Assembly: GCA_965267345.1 (NCBI GenBank)
Contig: OZ253947.1
Coordinates: forward strand, 266,814 to 330,813
Length of the DNA stretch: 64,000 nucleotides
Reading direction: 5' to 3'
Origin: Minisyncoccota bacterium
Lineage (GTDB): Bacteria > Patescibacteriota > Minisyncoccia > Phycocordibacterales > UBA2100
Positions 9,975-19,748 of this stretch are shown here, in pieces. A program made the position numbers and the translations under genes. The stretch's first letter is position 1, and each line of letters starts with the position of its first letter. The notes beneath the pieces were generated by a model that saw only the letters and a program-made list of their open reading frames with translations, had not been told where the DNA came from and made no database searches.

Positions 9975-10618
9975 GTGACGTAAAGCACATTTATCTGGTT
10001 CGCCACGGACAAAGCAGGGCAAATCTCACTGGTGTGCGTGAGGCAGACGCGCATGCAGTACCACTGACCGACGAAGGGTATCGTCAGGCGCAAGTAATTG
10101 CCGAACGCTTTAAGACGATCCCAATTGAAGTGGTACTGACATCACCGTATATACGAGCGCACGATACCGGCGAAGAGATTTCGCGCGTGAATAATGTACC
10201 CATTGAAATTCTTGATCAGGCATATGAGCGTACATTTCCTACTGCAGTGGCAGGGAAAGACCGAAATGATCCGGAGGTTCGTGAGTACTATAAGCATTTT
10301 GATGAGCAGTGGCGTATGGGTGCAGCCGTTGATGACGGCGAAGGTTTCGCGGAGGTACTTGCACGCGTCAACACAGTGACACGTATTCTGGAAGAACGCC
10401 CCGAGCAACATATTGCGCTTACGACACACGGTCTTTTTACTAAGCTGTTTGTTGCGCACCATATACTGGGTGACTACCTCACGCCCGACCTCTTCGTAAA
10501 TGCGTTTGTATTCCGCTTGATGAGTACGAATACCGGCATCACCTATTTCCAAGTGCACGACGGCACCAGTTGGCGTTTGCGCGCATGGAATGACTACGCG
10601 CATTTGGGCGAATTATAA
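9971..10618 (+). CDS. histidine phosphatase (phosphoglycerate mutase family) protein
   Basis: N-terminal LVRHGQS catalytic motif; 215 aa; overlaps dnaX stop (ATGA). Confidence 0.7.
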   Translation: MSDVKHIYLVRHGQSRANLTGVREADAHAVPLTDEGYRQAQVIAERFKTIPIEVVLTSPYIRAHDTGEEISRVNNVPIEILDQAYERTFPTAVAGKDRNDPEVREYYKHFDEQWRMGAAVDDGEGFAEVLARVNTVTRILEERPEQHIALTTHGLFTKLFVAHHILGDYLTPDLFVNAFVFRLMSTNTGITYFQVHDGTSWRLRAWNDYAHLGEL

Positions 10619-10657
10619 GCAGACAAAGAAGTGCTTTTTTGCTAGGATAGCCACCAT

Positions 10658-10729
10658 TGCCGGATCGTCTAATGGTAGGACGCTTGGTTTTGGTCCAAGA
10701 AATCGGGGTTCGAGTCCCTGTCCGGCAGC
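10658..10729 (+). tRNA. tRNA-Gln (anticodon UUG)
   Basis: Hand-folded cloverleaf: acceptor TGCCGGA/TCCGGCA with U1-A72 and G73, anticodon arm CTTGG-TTTTGGT-CCAAG, T arm CGGGG-TTCGAGT-CCCTG; CCA not encoded. Confidence 0.8.
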
Positions 10730-10744
10730 AAGAGCGCTTTCAGC

Positions 10745-10860
10745 CCCGACGCATGTCGTCGGGGGTTTAGTCGCCTCTCTGTTCGAAAGAGACTCGAAAA
10801 GCGGAGGCGAGGTACCCAGCCCTTCGCGAAGGGCTGGGTCGCCGAGCTCGGGTAGGAGGC
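10745..10860 (+). other. cluster of three or more stable GC-rich hairpins directly 3-prime of tRNA-Gln (candidate terminators or structured RNA / island boundary)
   Basis: CCCCGACG-CATG-TCGTCGGGG; nested CGCCTC...GAGGCG enclosing TCTCT-GTTCGAA-AGAGA; perfect 10 bp CCCAGCCCTT-CGCG-AAGGGCTGGG; CCGAGCTCGG palindrome. Confidence 0.3.
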
Positions 10861-10955
10861 ACCCAGTAGAATTCGAGCGCGCGAAGAATTATACTGAGGT
10901 GACCTGACACCGACTCCTTGTCCGGCTCCAAGTTTGCTATAGTTTATATAAATTT

Positions 10956-12509
10956 ATGTGTGGAATTGCCGCAGTAACAGGCGACATAGACTCCAAGCAG
11001 GAGAAGCTGTATTTTGCACTATCTAAAATGGAACATCGCGGAGATCATCATTTTGAAATAATTTCGAACGAACAAATTGCCATTGGGGCAAACAGACTCG
11101 CTATTGTGGACGAATCGGATGGTCAGCAACCAAAGGCTAACGAAGACAGCAGTGTGTTGGTTGTGCAAAATGGTGAGATTTTTAATTACAAAATGCTTCT
11201 TGATGAACTAGAAAGAGATGGACACAGCTTTTCTTCGCAATCTGACACAGAAGTACTGGTGCATCTCTGGGAAGAATGCAAAGAGCAAATGCTTGGCAAA
11301 CTGGATTCTGAGATGTTTGCCTTCGTGTTGTTTGACAGGACCGATCAAACCATTTTTGCGGCAAGGGATCGTCTTGGAGTAAAACCGCTTTATTACGCAA
11401 AAATGGATAAAGGCTATTTATTTTCATCAGAAATAAAAGGGCTGGTTGAGATTGAGGGGGTCGATGAAATTAACGAATTTCCGCCAGGACACTATTTTCT
11501 CAATGGAAAGTTTGTACAATACTACCAACTTCCAAAAGGGGATAAGGTAAAAGAAATCTCAGAAGATGAAGCAGTAAAAGACCTCAGCTCAATTCTTGAA
11601 TCAGCGGTTAAAAAGAGGGTCGATACCGAGCTTCCAGTCGGTGTTTTCTTAAGTGGCGGCGTTGATAGTAGTTTTGTTATGGAACTTGCTACACGACATC
11701 ACTCAAATGTAACGGCATTAGTTCTTGGCACAGAGGACTCTTCCGATTTTACATTTGCTCGTGATTTATGTGAACGTAAGGGTTGGAAATATCATTCGGT
11801 AATTCCCGAAATTGATTATGAAAGGATGCTTTCAGACATTGTGTATCACTTGGAATCTTTTGACCCTAATGCGGTACGACATTCTTTTGCCAATGATGCT
11901 ATTTCGAAACTTGCTAGAGATAAAGGGTTCAAGGTTATCCTTACGGGTGAGGGTTCTGATGAACTGTTTGCTGGATATAACGAGTTTCTTGAAATTGAGC
12001 CAGATAAAGTAAACTTGGGGTGCAGGCTTCTTTTGGAATCAATGTCGCGAGGGCATCTCATGCGTGTTGATAAACTCGCAATGTGCCATACCATAGAGAC
12101 TAGAGTGCCATTTTTTGATAATGAGATGGTTGAGTTTGCCATGTCACTCAGCTCTTTATTTAAAGTAGGAAGTTATAATGGGAAAAAATATACAAAACTT
12201 ATACTCAGAAAAGCAGCATTAGATTATCTTCCCGAGAATATAGTCTTTAGACAAAAAGAAGCTTTTGCTAATGGTGCTGGCATGCAAGTAGGATTTAACT
12301 ATAAAAAAGCAGATGGAATTCTGAGTGAAATTGCTAGAAAAGTTATTTCTAATGAAGAGCTGGAAAAGGTAAAGAAGCAATACTCTGAGTACAAACTAGA
12401 AACCAAGGAAGAGGTTTTGATTTTCAACGAATACGCTAAATTTGGCTATACTCAGTTTGCAGAAGGAAGAAAGCGTCTCATAATGAAAGATACACTTTTA
12501 ACCATATAA
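10956..12509 (+). CDS. asnB: asparagine synthetase (glutamine-hydrolysing), class II amidotransferase
   Basis: N-terminal MCGIA (Cys2 nucleophile), PP-loop SGGVDSS; 517 aa; markedly AT-richer than its flanks. Confidence 0.85.
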   Translation: MCGIAAVTGDIDSKQEKLYFALSKMEHRGDHHFEIISNEQIAIGANRLAIVDESDGQQPKANEDSSVLVVQNGEIFNYKMLLDELERDGHSFSSQSDTEVLVHLWEECKEQMLGKLDSEMFAFVLFDRTDQTIFAARDRLGVKPLYYAKMDKGYLFSSEIKGLVEIEGVDEINEFPPGHYFLNGKFVQYYQLPKGDKVKEISEDEAVKDLSSILESAVKKRVDTELPVGVFLSGGVDSSFVMELATRHHSNVTALVLGTEDSSDFTFARDLCERKGWKYHSVIPEIDYERMLSDIVYHLESFDPNAVRHSFANDAISKLARDKGFKVILTGEGSDELFAGYNEFLEIEPDKVNLGCRLLLESMSRGHLMRVDKLAMCHTIETRVPFFDNEMVEFAMSLSSLFKVGSYNGKKYTKLILRKAALDYLPENIVFRQKEAFANGAGMQVGFNYKKADGILSEIARKVISNEELEKVKKQYSEYKLETKEEVLIFNEYAKFGYTQFAEGRKRLIMKDTLLTI

Positions 12510-12599
12510 AGAAAGCCCATCGTCTTCCCAAACAGCTAGCCACGGTTGACCCCAGAGCATGCCTCTGGGGCCTTTGGCAACATGTGGTACTATCATCGT

Positions 12600-12926
12600 A
12601 TGCATCACAACATTCTCATAACAACTGCAGAGACCGTTGCCGGACGCGAGGTGGCCAAAACACTCGGGCTCGTACGCGGCAATACCATTCGTGCACGACA
12701 CATTGGTAGTGACATCGGCGCTGCCCTTAAAGGACTCGTCGGTGGCGAGATTCGCGGTTACGTTAAGGTTATGACGCAAGCGCGCGATGAGGCAATTGAA
12801 CGCATGTGTGCGGAAGCAAAAGAAATGGGTGCTGACGCAATCATTGCAACACGCGTTTCAACATCGCAGGTCATGGACGGAGCGGCCGAAATACTCGTGT
12901 ACGGCACAGCGGTGAAGCTCAAGTAG
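12600..12926 (+). CDS. YbjQ/UPF0145 family protein
   Basis: MHHNILITTAETVAGREV...GYVKVMTQARDEAIERM; start at the in-frame ATG 12600 just after the hairpin at 12550-12570; alternative start 12546. Confidence 0.65.
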   Translation: MHHNILITTAETVAGREVAKTLGLVRGNTIRARHIGSDIGAALKGLVGGEIRGYVKVMTQARDEAIERMCAEAKEMGADAIIATRVSTSQVMDGAAEILVYGTAVKLK

Positions 12927-12935
12927 CAGACCTGT

Positions 12936-12967
12936 AAAAAACTCTTGAGTTAATTCAAGAGTTTTTG
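12936..12967. terminator. intrinsic terminator AAAAAACTCTTGA-GTTAAT-TCAAGAGTTTTT (bidirectional A/T flanks)
   Basis: perfect 8 bp stem followed by T5. Confidence 0.7.
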
Positions 12968-13067
12968 TGCACAGAGGTTGGTTAGTACACGCGCACAAAT
13001 TGACCTTTCGCTACTTCCAGCGTACTCTCATACGACGCGCGAACGTCGTGCGTTTTATTTTTTGCAT

Positions 13068-14852
13068 ATGGAAATTCGAAATATAGCGATTATTGCGCAC
13101 GTCGACCATGGTAAGACGACGCTTACTGACGGCCTCATGGAGGTTACCGGTGCTGGTGCAGCGGGACGTAGCATGGACAGTAACCAGCTCGAACAGGAGC
13201 GTGGCATAACCATTTACGCCAAAAACACCTCAGTTGAATATAACGGGACGAAGATCAACATCGTCGACACTCCAGGGCACGCGGATTTCGGCTCTGAAGT
13301 TGAGCGCGTCTTGCGCTCAATTGATAGCGTCTTGCTCGTTGTCGATGCACAAGAAGGGCCAATGCCACAGACACGTTTTGTGTTGAAGAAGTCGATCGAG
13401 CTCGGTCATAAGCCAATTGTAGTGATTAATAAGATCGATAAGCCGGCCGCAGATCCGGCGCGGTGTGAGGAGCAGGTGCTTGAGCTCTTCATGGAGCTTG
13501 GCGCAAGCGATGCACAGACGGATTTTCCGGTTGTCTATGCAATCGGTCGGGATAAACAGGCAAAGCGCGGCATTAACGATGAGCTTACCGACCTTACACC
13601 AATTTTAGATACCATTCTTGAGCACGTGCCCGCAGCGCGTGGCTACCACGAGGGTGACGCACTTCGCGCGCAAGTGTTTAACCTTGGCTACGACAACTTT
13701 TTGGGACGCCTTGCTGTTGCGCGTGTCTACGAGGGAAAGCTGCGCAACGGACAGCAGGTGATCATAAAGCACAATGAGGAGACGCCGTACACAGGGAAAA
13801 TTGTAAAACTCTCAACCTACAAAGGCGTACAGCAAATCGAGACAGCCGAAGCGTTTGCGGGTGACATTGTTCTCATTGCGGGACTTGAAAAAATACGCAT
13901 TGGCGATACCATCACTGACAATGAGCAGGCAGAGCCACTACCGGCCATTAACGTAGACGAGCCAACCGTGACCATGCGCTTCTTGGTGAACTCATCACCA
14001 TTTGTTGGGCGTGAGGGAAAGTACGTCACGAGTCGTCAAATTGGTGACCGACTCGAGAAAGAGCTCGAGATAAACGTCGGGCTTCAGGTTGAGCGCGGGG
14101 AAGGGGATTCATTTACCGTAAAGGGACGCGGCGAGATGCATATCGCTATTCTTCTTGAAAACATGCGCCGTGAGGGCTACGAACTCTCTGTCTCGCAGCC
14201 ACAGGTTATCGTAAAGGAGGTTGATGGAGTAAAAAGTGAGCCGTTTGAGGAAGTCACCATTGATATTCCGAGCGAGTATCAGGGCGTCGTCATCGAGCGC
14301 ATCTCAAGTCGTGGCTTTGTCATGCAACAGATGCTTACGCATGAAAATCAGGTACGTCTTATTTTTGAAGGGCCAACGCGTGGGCTACTCGGGTACCGCA
14401 ACCAATTTACCGTCGACACAAAGGGTGAAGGTATTCTCGCGTCACGCTTTCTTGAATTTCGCCCACACGCGGGAGCCATTACGCGACGCCGTGTCGGCTC
14501 AATGACAAGCATCGCCACCGGCAAAGCACTCGGCTTTGCACTGGCCGGTCTGCAGGAGCGAGGCGAGTTGTATATTGGCCCAGGTACTGAAGTGTACGAG
14601 GGCATGGTCATTGGCAATACCAGTAAAGGCGACGAGATGGTAGTGAATCCAACGAAGGGGAAACAGCTCACCAACATGCGTGCCTCTGGGAGTGACGAGA
14701 ACATCAAACTCACGCCACCGCGCCCGCTCACCATTGAGCTCGGCCTTGAAATTGTGCAGGAAGATGAGTACGTGGAAGTGTGCCCTGTCTCAGTTCGATT
14801 GCGCAAGCAAAAGCTCAAAGAGTCAGAGCGAAAGCGTCACCTGCAAAAGTAG
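13068..14852 (+). CDS. typA: translational GTPase TypA/BipA
   Basis: Start at [19 protein letters not shown]; G-domain motifs, EF-G-like domains; 594 aa. Confidence 0.9.
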   Translation: MEIRNIAIIAHVDHGKTTLTDGLMEVTGAGAAGRSMDSNQLEQERGITIYAKNTSVEYNGTKINIVDTPGHADFGSEVERVLRSIDSVLLVVDAQEGPMPQTRFVLKKSIELGHKPIVVINKIDKPAADPARCEEQVLELFMELGASDAQTDFPVVYAIGRDKQAKRGINDELTDLTPILDTILEHVPAARGYHEGDALRAQVFNLGYDNFLGRLAVARVYEGKLRNGQQVIIKHNEETPYTGKIVKLSTYKGVQQIETAEAFAGDIVLIAGLEKIRIGDTITDNEQAEPLPAINVDEPTVTMRFLVNSSPFVGREGKYVTSRQIGDRLEKELEINVGLQVERGEGDSFTVKGRGEMHIAILLENMRREGYELSVSQPQVIVKEVDGVKSEPFEEVTIDIPSEYQGVVIERISSRGFVMQQMLTHENQVRLIFEGPTRGLLGYRNQFTVDTKGEGILASRFLEFRPHAGAITRRRVGSMTSIATGKALGFALAGLQERGELYIGPGTEVYEGMVIGNTSKGDEMVVNPTKGKQLTNMRASGSDENIKLTPPRPLTIELGLEIVQEDEYVEVCPVSVRLRKQKLKESERKRHLQK

Positions 14853-14921
14853 CACAACATTGACATGCGGCTCTGTGCATGTCATCATATCGCCATCTTG
14901 AAGATACTCGTGTAGGGCTCT

Positions 14922-16187
14922 TTGGGTGGTGAGACCTCTCTCACAATTATTTCACCTGCACAGCCTTACGAATTACATATGAATCAAACACAACAACGGC
15001 GTCGCCGTTCGTCGTCTCGTCGTGCATCACATTCGCGACGCAATCACACGCAACGCTCAGGCGGAAATCGCTCGCGTCGTGGCACCAGTACATTTGACGT
15101 ATCACGTTACATTAATACAGCTACACCAAGTGAACCGGCGCCCACTGCGGTCGTCGATCATGTGTTCGCCGATTTTGGCTTGGATGCGACACTTGAGCGA
15201 ACTATTACGGCGCAGGGGTTTACGGCGCCAACACCAATCCAAGACAAGATCATTCCACATATTTTGCGCGGGGTAGATGTGATTGGTCTCTCAAACACCG
15301 GTACGGGAAAAACTGCCGCGTTTCTTATTCCGCTCATCGAAAAAGCCCTGCAGGATGACACGCAGCAAACACTCATCCTTGCTCCGACGCGCGAGTTGGC
15401 GATACAAATCCAAAATGAACTTCGTCTGTTGACGAAAGGCCTCACCATGTATGCCACGGTATGTGTCGGCGGTATGAACATCACACCGCAACTACGTAGT
15501 CTGCGTCGAAAGAATCACTTCATCATCGGTACCCCAGGGCGTGTTATTGACGTGCTTGAACGTGGATGCCTCCAGCCGGAACGAATCACATCGGTGGTGC
15601 TTGATGAAGCGGATCGCATGCTGGATATGGGATTTATTGCTGACATGCGCACGATACTTTCCCGCATTCCCACAACGCGACACACGATGCTTTTCTCAGC
15701 AACGATGTCGCCGCATATCAAAAAGCTCATCGATGACTTCCTGAAAAATCCGGTGACGGTATCAGTAAAGCAACAGGATATTACAACCAGCATTGAGCAA
15801 GACGTTGTTCGCATTGCGGGCGACGATAAGTTTGATGTTCTTGCGCGTTTACTTGCTGATACCGCATTCTCGCGTGTCTTGGTGTTTGGTGCCATGAAGC
15901 ATAGTGTTGAGCGACTGAGTAAACAACTCAAAGCTTCGGGCATACGTGCTGAATCAATACACGGAAACAAATCACACACACAGCGTCAACGTGCTCTGCA
16001 GGCATTTAAAGAAGGTCGTGCGCAAGTACTTGTGGCAACTGATGTTGCAGCGCGTGGTATCCACGTTGATGCCGTGTCACACGTCATCAACTACGATCTC
16101 CCGAATACGTACGAAGACTACGTACACCGTATTGGACGTACGGGCCGTGGCGCGCACAGGGGCAGAGCGCTCACCTTCGTGGCCTAA
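14922..16187 (+). CDS. DEAD-box ATP-dependent RNA helicase with Arg/Ser-rich N-terminal tail
   Basis: Q-motif, GTGKTAAF, DEAD, SAT, HRIGRTGR; start uncertain (alternative Met at 14979). Confidence 0.85.
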   Translation: MGGETSLTIISPAQPYELHMNQTQQRRRRSSSRRASHSRRNHTQRSGGNRSRRGTSTFDVSRYINTATPSEPAPTAVVDHVFADFGLDATLERTITAQGFTAPTPIQDKIIPHILRGVDVIGLSNTGTGKTAAFLIPLIEKALQDDTQQTLILAPTRELAIQIQNELRLLTKGLTMYATVCVGGMNITPQLRSLRRKNHFIIGTPGRVIDVLERGCLQPERITSVVLDEADRMLDMGFIADMRTILSRIPTTRHTMLFSATMSPHIKKLIDDFLKNPVTVSVKQQDITTSIEQDVVRIAGDDKFDVLARLLADTAFSRVLVFGAMKHSVERLSKQLKASGIRAESIHGNKSHTQRQRALQAFKEGRAQVLVATDVAARGIHVDAVSHVINYDLPNTYEDYVHRIGRTGRGAHRGRALTFVA

Positions 16188-16217
16188 CTGGCGTAGTGAA
16201 TACTGAAACCTATTGAG

Positions 16218-16233
16218 TTATCTCTAGAGATAA
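16218..16233. promoter_or_regulatory. perfect 16 bp palindrome TTATCTCTAGAGATAA (possible operator)
   Basis: read directly; lies in the intergenic region downstream of the helicase and upstream of a small ORF. Confidence 0.25.
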
Positions 16234-16327
16234 TGCAAGAGTTAACGCGCGCGCCTGCATTTGGTATACTCGGCGCACGACCACGCAACGAATTGCCTTT
16301 GGTGCGCTTAGTGCCGCAGTGGTATAT

Positions 16328-16486
16328 ATGGCCACGTACGCGGGTATTCAGGCGTATCGTGACGAAGTTGTGTATTTGGAAGTTATTGCCGGCGGCCTTG
16401 CCTTTGGCATCGCATTCTTTTGCATCCAACTTTTTATCCAACGTCGTAAGGAGAAACGCTCCAACGACACCGATCAGTCAGTTTAA
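16328..16486 (+). CDS. hypothetical small membrane protein (52 aa; one TM helix, basic C-tail)
   Basis: MATYAGIQAYRDEVVYLEVIAGGLAFGIAFFCIQLFIQRRKEKRSNDTDQSV translated by hand; conflicts with the longer, composition-odd track ORF 16233..16574. Confidence 0.25.
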   Translation: MATYAGIQAYRDEVVYLEVIAGGLAFGIAFFCIQLFIQRRKEKRSNDTDQSV

Positions 16487-16500
16487 ATTCCACCATCTGT

Positions 16501-17148
16501 ATGAAGCATGTTGCCATTTCTATTGTCGCTGCCCTTGTTGTCGGTGTTGCGGCATTTTGGCTCTTTTGGAATGAGCAGAGCGTACCCACACCGCCGACTG
16601 AGCCGACTGCTGAGGAAACAGACAGTGCTGCAGCTGAATGGGTGACCTACACGAACGACACCTACAACTTTAGTCTTTCCCACCCGAACGACTGGGAAGT
16701 GCAAGAAGCACTCAAACCGCAGGAAATTCGCGCACTTCACGAGATATACATACAAGAGCGTGATCCAAACCCGCAGTGGCGTGCTGATGTGACCATTCAA
16801 GTGTTTGCAAATTATGATGACCTTACGCTGATGCAGTGGTGGGAGCAGTGGCTCAACGACGAAGACGCTGAGGCAGCTGAGTGTCGTGCAGAATACGGTG
16901 ATGAAGCGCCGTGTCTGTATTTGCGCGGTATGCTCGAGAGCCAAACGCAGACGACGTATGCGGGTACCGATGCATTGGCGGTCGAACTGTTCCAGTTTGA
17001 CCATACACGTGGCTGTACCTACTTCACGCACGATGACGTTATCCTCGGCGTGTGCAGCGTTGTCGGCGAGAATCCAAATGACCCAAATGCCGCTGCGCAC
17101 CGCGCAGAAATACAGCGGATACGCGAATCGCTCTCACTCGACGCCTAA
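16501..17148 (+). CDS. hypothetical membrane-anchored protein (N-terminal TM, acidic Trp-rich extracytoplasmic domain)
   Basis: 215 aa ORF with signal-anchor; no recognised family. Confidence 0.55.
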   Translation: MKHVAISIVAALVVGVAAFWLFWNEQSVPTPPTEPTAEETDSAAAEWVTYTNDTYNFSLSHPNDWEVQEALKPQEIRALHEIYIQERDPNPQWRADVTIQVFANYDDLTLMQWWEQWLNDEDAEAAECRAEYGDEAPCLYLRGMLESQTQTTYAGTDALAVELFQFDHTRGCTYFTHDDVILGVCSVVGENPNDPNAAAHRAEIQRIRESLSLDA

Positions 17149-17237
17149 AAGCGCACGCGCACTGCACAGCGGTGCTTTTACATACGGCCGCTGATACGCT
17201 ACTATCGCACGTGGAATCAACCAAGGGGAGTTCCATA

Positions 17238-17399
17238 ATGCCTAGAAACAGTAGGAGAGTGCGCCCTCGTGGACACTCTGCTTGGATTCGCAATAACGCA
17301 AGTCTCGAAGCCGGTATCAGTAAAAACCTGCGCAAAAAGTTTAAGGCTGGCGATGACGTACAACTAGCGCAGGATCCCAAAGGGGAACCTTTCGCGTGA
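17238..17399 (+). CDS. hypothetical small basic protein (53 aa)
   Basis: ATG 7 nt after SD-like AAGGGGAG; MPRNSRRVRPRGHSAWIRNNASLEAGISKNLRKKFKAGDDVQLAQDPKGEPFA; followed by a terminator hairpin. Confidence 0.45.
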   Translation: MPRNSRRVRPRGHSAWIRNNASLEAGISKNLRKKFKAGDDVQLAQDPKGEPFA

Positions 17400-17503
17400 A
17401 GTGCCAAAACGAACATGGCATGTACGTTCTTGAAGGCAAGGCGTTCGCGGGTCAAGTCTTTTCAGGTTTCGACCTCGTAAAAGTCTGATCTGGAAGTAGG
17501 CAG

Positions 17504-17540
17504 AAAAAGCGCCGGCGCAGCACATGTGCCGGCGCTTTCT
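17504..17540. terminator. GC-rich intrinsic terminator (AAAAAGCGCCGGCGCAGCACATGTGCCGGCGCTTTCT)
   Basis: 11 bp stem including GCGCCGGC/GCCGGCGC, flanked by A5 and T3. Confidence 0.6.
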
Positions 17541-17658
17541 ATGTCCACAACGTAATTGTGTACTTTACGTACGAGTGTGGCACCCTTAACGTAGTACTGC
17601 GCAGTATGCGCTCTGCTAATATTATTTATGAAAAGTAAGTAGATGTAATTATATTTGT

Positions 17659-18468
17659 ATGCCAGACCAAAATCAGCAACAGCCGCAGAACACCCCTAAC
17701 ACCGGAAACATGGGTGGCGCATCGCACGAGGCGCCAAACATGCAGCAGCCACCACAGGCAACGATGCAGCACGAGCAGCAACCACGTGGAAACGGTGGTG
17801 GATCACGCATGGTGACATGGGGTATTGTCGCTATCGTTGTGCTTGCACTCATTGGTGCCGGCGCATATGCGTACATGAATGACATGATTCCCGGACTTTC
17901 AACGGGTGCCATGATGCAGGATGATGACACCAGTGAAGTTGTTGCGACTGTAAACGGCGAAACCATTACACGTAATGACGTTGCAGCAGCAAAAGCACAG
18001 CAGCAGGCAGCCGGCGGTCAGGAAGCAACTGACCAACAGGTGGTTGATGCACTCATTGCCAACGCACTGGTGATGCAGGATGCGGCCGCTCAAGGAGCTG
18101 TCGCAACCGAAACTGAAATTGACCAGCAAATTGCACAGGTGCGCAGCCAATTTGACACTGAGGCCGAGTTTGAAGCGGCTCTGCAGGAGCAGGGTGTAAC
18201 GCTAAACGAGTTTCGTGCAGGTGTTGCTGACCAACTGACGATTCAAAAGTACCTCACCGCAAACATTGATACTAATGCAATCACGGTGACTGAAGAGGAA
18301 ATTCAGACTGCGTACGACCAGATTGCGGCATCGCAGGATGATATTCCAACGCTGGAAGACGTGAGTTCACAGATCGAGTCATTGCTCTTGCAACAGAAAC
18401 AGCAACAACTCATCAATGAGCTCGTTGCCGAGCTCCGTGCCGACGCAGAGATCGACATAACCCTCTAG
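17659..18468 (+). CDS. SurA N-terminal-domain-like periplasmic chaperone, membrane anchored, Gln-rich N-terminus
   Basis: TM helix then helical segment (VATVNGETITRNDV...EFEAALQEQGVTLNEFRAGVADQL) resembling SurA/PpiD N-domain; no PPIase domain. Confidence 0.55.
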   Translation: MPDQNQQQPQNTPNTGNMGGASHEAPNMQQPPQATMQHEQQPRGNGGGSRMVTWGIVAIVVLALIGAGAYAYMNDMIPGLSTGAMMQDDDTSEVVATVNGETITRNDVAAAKAQQQAAGGQEATDQQVVDALIANALVMQDAAAQGAVATETEIDQQIAQVRSQFDTEAEFEAALQEQGVTLNEFRAGVADQLTIQKYLTANIDTNAITVTEEEIQTAYDQIAASQDDIPTLEDVSSQIESLLLQQKQQQLINELVAELRADAEIDITL

Positions 18469-18500
18469 AGGTACACGGTAGATACAAGTACAAAAGCGCC

Positions 18501-19049
18501 ATGTCGATGGCGCTTTTTGCGTGGTTTTGCTATTCTGAATGCATGGCACGTATTCACCAACTATTCGGGCTTATTGTCGGTATTGTCGCACTGAGTTGTG
18601 TTGCGTACATTGGCTTACGCGTATGGGACGAACAGCGCATGACGCCCGCTACAGATACTGAAGAGACGGCACCGTCGCCTGACACACAGGGACAGGAACA
18701 AGCGCAACTCATTCACATTGACACACCACAAAGTGGCGATCGCGTTACAAGTCCGCTACGCGCGCGTGGCGAGGCACGCGGACAGTGGTTTTTTGAAGCG
18801 ACCTTTCCACTTATTCTCACGAATTGGGACGGCCTCATCATTGCCGAAGGATATGCACAAGCGCAAGATGAGTGGATGACAACTGACTTTGTTCCATTTG
18901 AGGGCACACTGGAGTTCACGAGTCCGTATCAGGCCGGCAGCGCTGACTTTATGAAGCGCGGGACCCTTATTTTGCAAAAAGCAAACCCGTCAGGGTTACC
19001 CGAACACGACGACGCGCGAGGAGTGGTTATTGAGTTCGCTCCACGGTAG
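18501..19049 (+). CDS. Gmad2 immunoglobulin-like domain protein (GerM-associated fold), membrane anchored
   Basis: [52 protein letters not shown] matches Gmad2-type domain. Confidence 0.55.
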   Translation: MSMALFAWFCYSECMARIHQLFGLIVGIVALSCVAYIGLRVWDEQRMTPATDTEETAPSPDTQGQEQAQLIHIDTPQSGDRVTSPLRARGEARGQWFFEATFPLILTNWDGLIIAEGYAQAQDEWMTTDFVPFEGTLEFTSPYQAGSADFMKRGTLILQKANPSGLPEHDDARGVVIEFAPR

Positions 19050-19084
19050 CGTTACTACTGTGTGCGCAGGGAAACATCGCGGAT

Positions 19085-19741
19085 GTGCTATACTTACGCC
19101 ATATTCACGTAATGGAACCATCCTGTATGTCACAGAAATACTATCTCATCGGCGGGATCGCTCTTGTCATAATCGGTGTGCTCGCGTATCTGTTTGCACC
19201 ACATGCAGCGAGTGCTCCACAGGATAATCACACTATGACCGAAACAACAGCTACAACACACACAACCGTTACCATGCAAACGACAAAGGGCACTATCATG
19301 CTCGAGTTAGACGATACGAATGCACCACGTACCGTTGAAAACTTTGTAACCCTTGTTGAGCGTGGGTTCTACGATGGAATTAAATTTCATCGTGTTATTC
19401 CCGATTTTATGATTCAAGGTGGCGACCCGCTCACCAAAGACGATTCGCAGCAGGCACGCTGGGGAACGGGCGGCCCCGGCTATACGTTTGCCGATGAGAT
19501 CCATGCCGAAAATCACAATGTGCGCGGCACTATTTCAATGGCGAATGCCGGCCCCGACACAAACGGCAGTCAATTCTTCATTAATGTTGCGGACAACACT
19601 TTTCTTGATGCAAAACACACGGTGTTTGGTCGCGTTATCGAAGGCATGGATGTCGTAGCTGCAATTGAATCAACACCAACTGACGCCGCAGATCGACCTG
19701 AAACTCCGATTGAAATTACTACAGTGACGGTCACTCGCTAA
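19085..19741 (+). CDS. ppiB: cyclophilin-type peptidyl-prolyl cis-trans isomerase (membrane anchored / secreted)
   Basis: [44 protein letters not shown] motifs. Confidence 0.85.
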   Translation: MLYLRHIHVMEPSCMSQKYYLIGGIALVIIGVLAYLFAPHAASAPQDNHTMTETTATTHTTVTMQTTKGTIMLELDDTNAPRTVENFVTLVERGFYDGIKFHRVIPDFMIQGGDPLTKDDSQQARWGTGGPGYTFADEIHAENHNVRGTISMANAGPDTNGSQFFINVADNTFLDAKHTVFGRVIEGMDVVAAIESTPTDAADRPETPIEITTVTVTR

Positions 19742-19748
19742 GCGCCTG

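Noticed and set aside
10590-10907. 105 aa ORF spanning tRNA-Gln and the hairpin cluster
   Set aside because: Overlaps a confidently folded tRNA. Gly/Ser/Arg-rich translation typical of GC-rich non-coding DNA.
16233-16574. 113 aa track ORF downstream of the DEAD-box helicase
   Set aside because: Cys/Arg/Pro-rich improbable protein overlapping the start of the 16501 gene. A shorter alternative-frame TM micro-ORF is more plausible but still weak.
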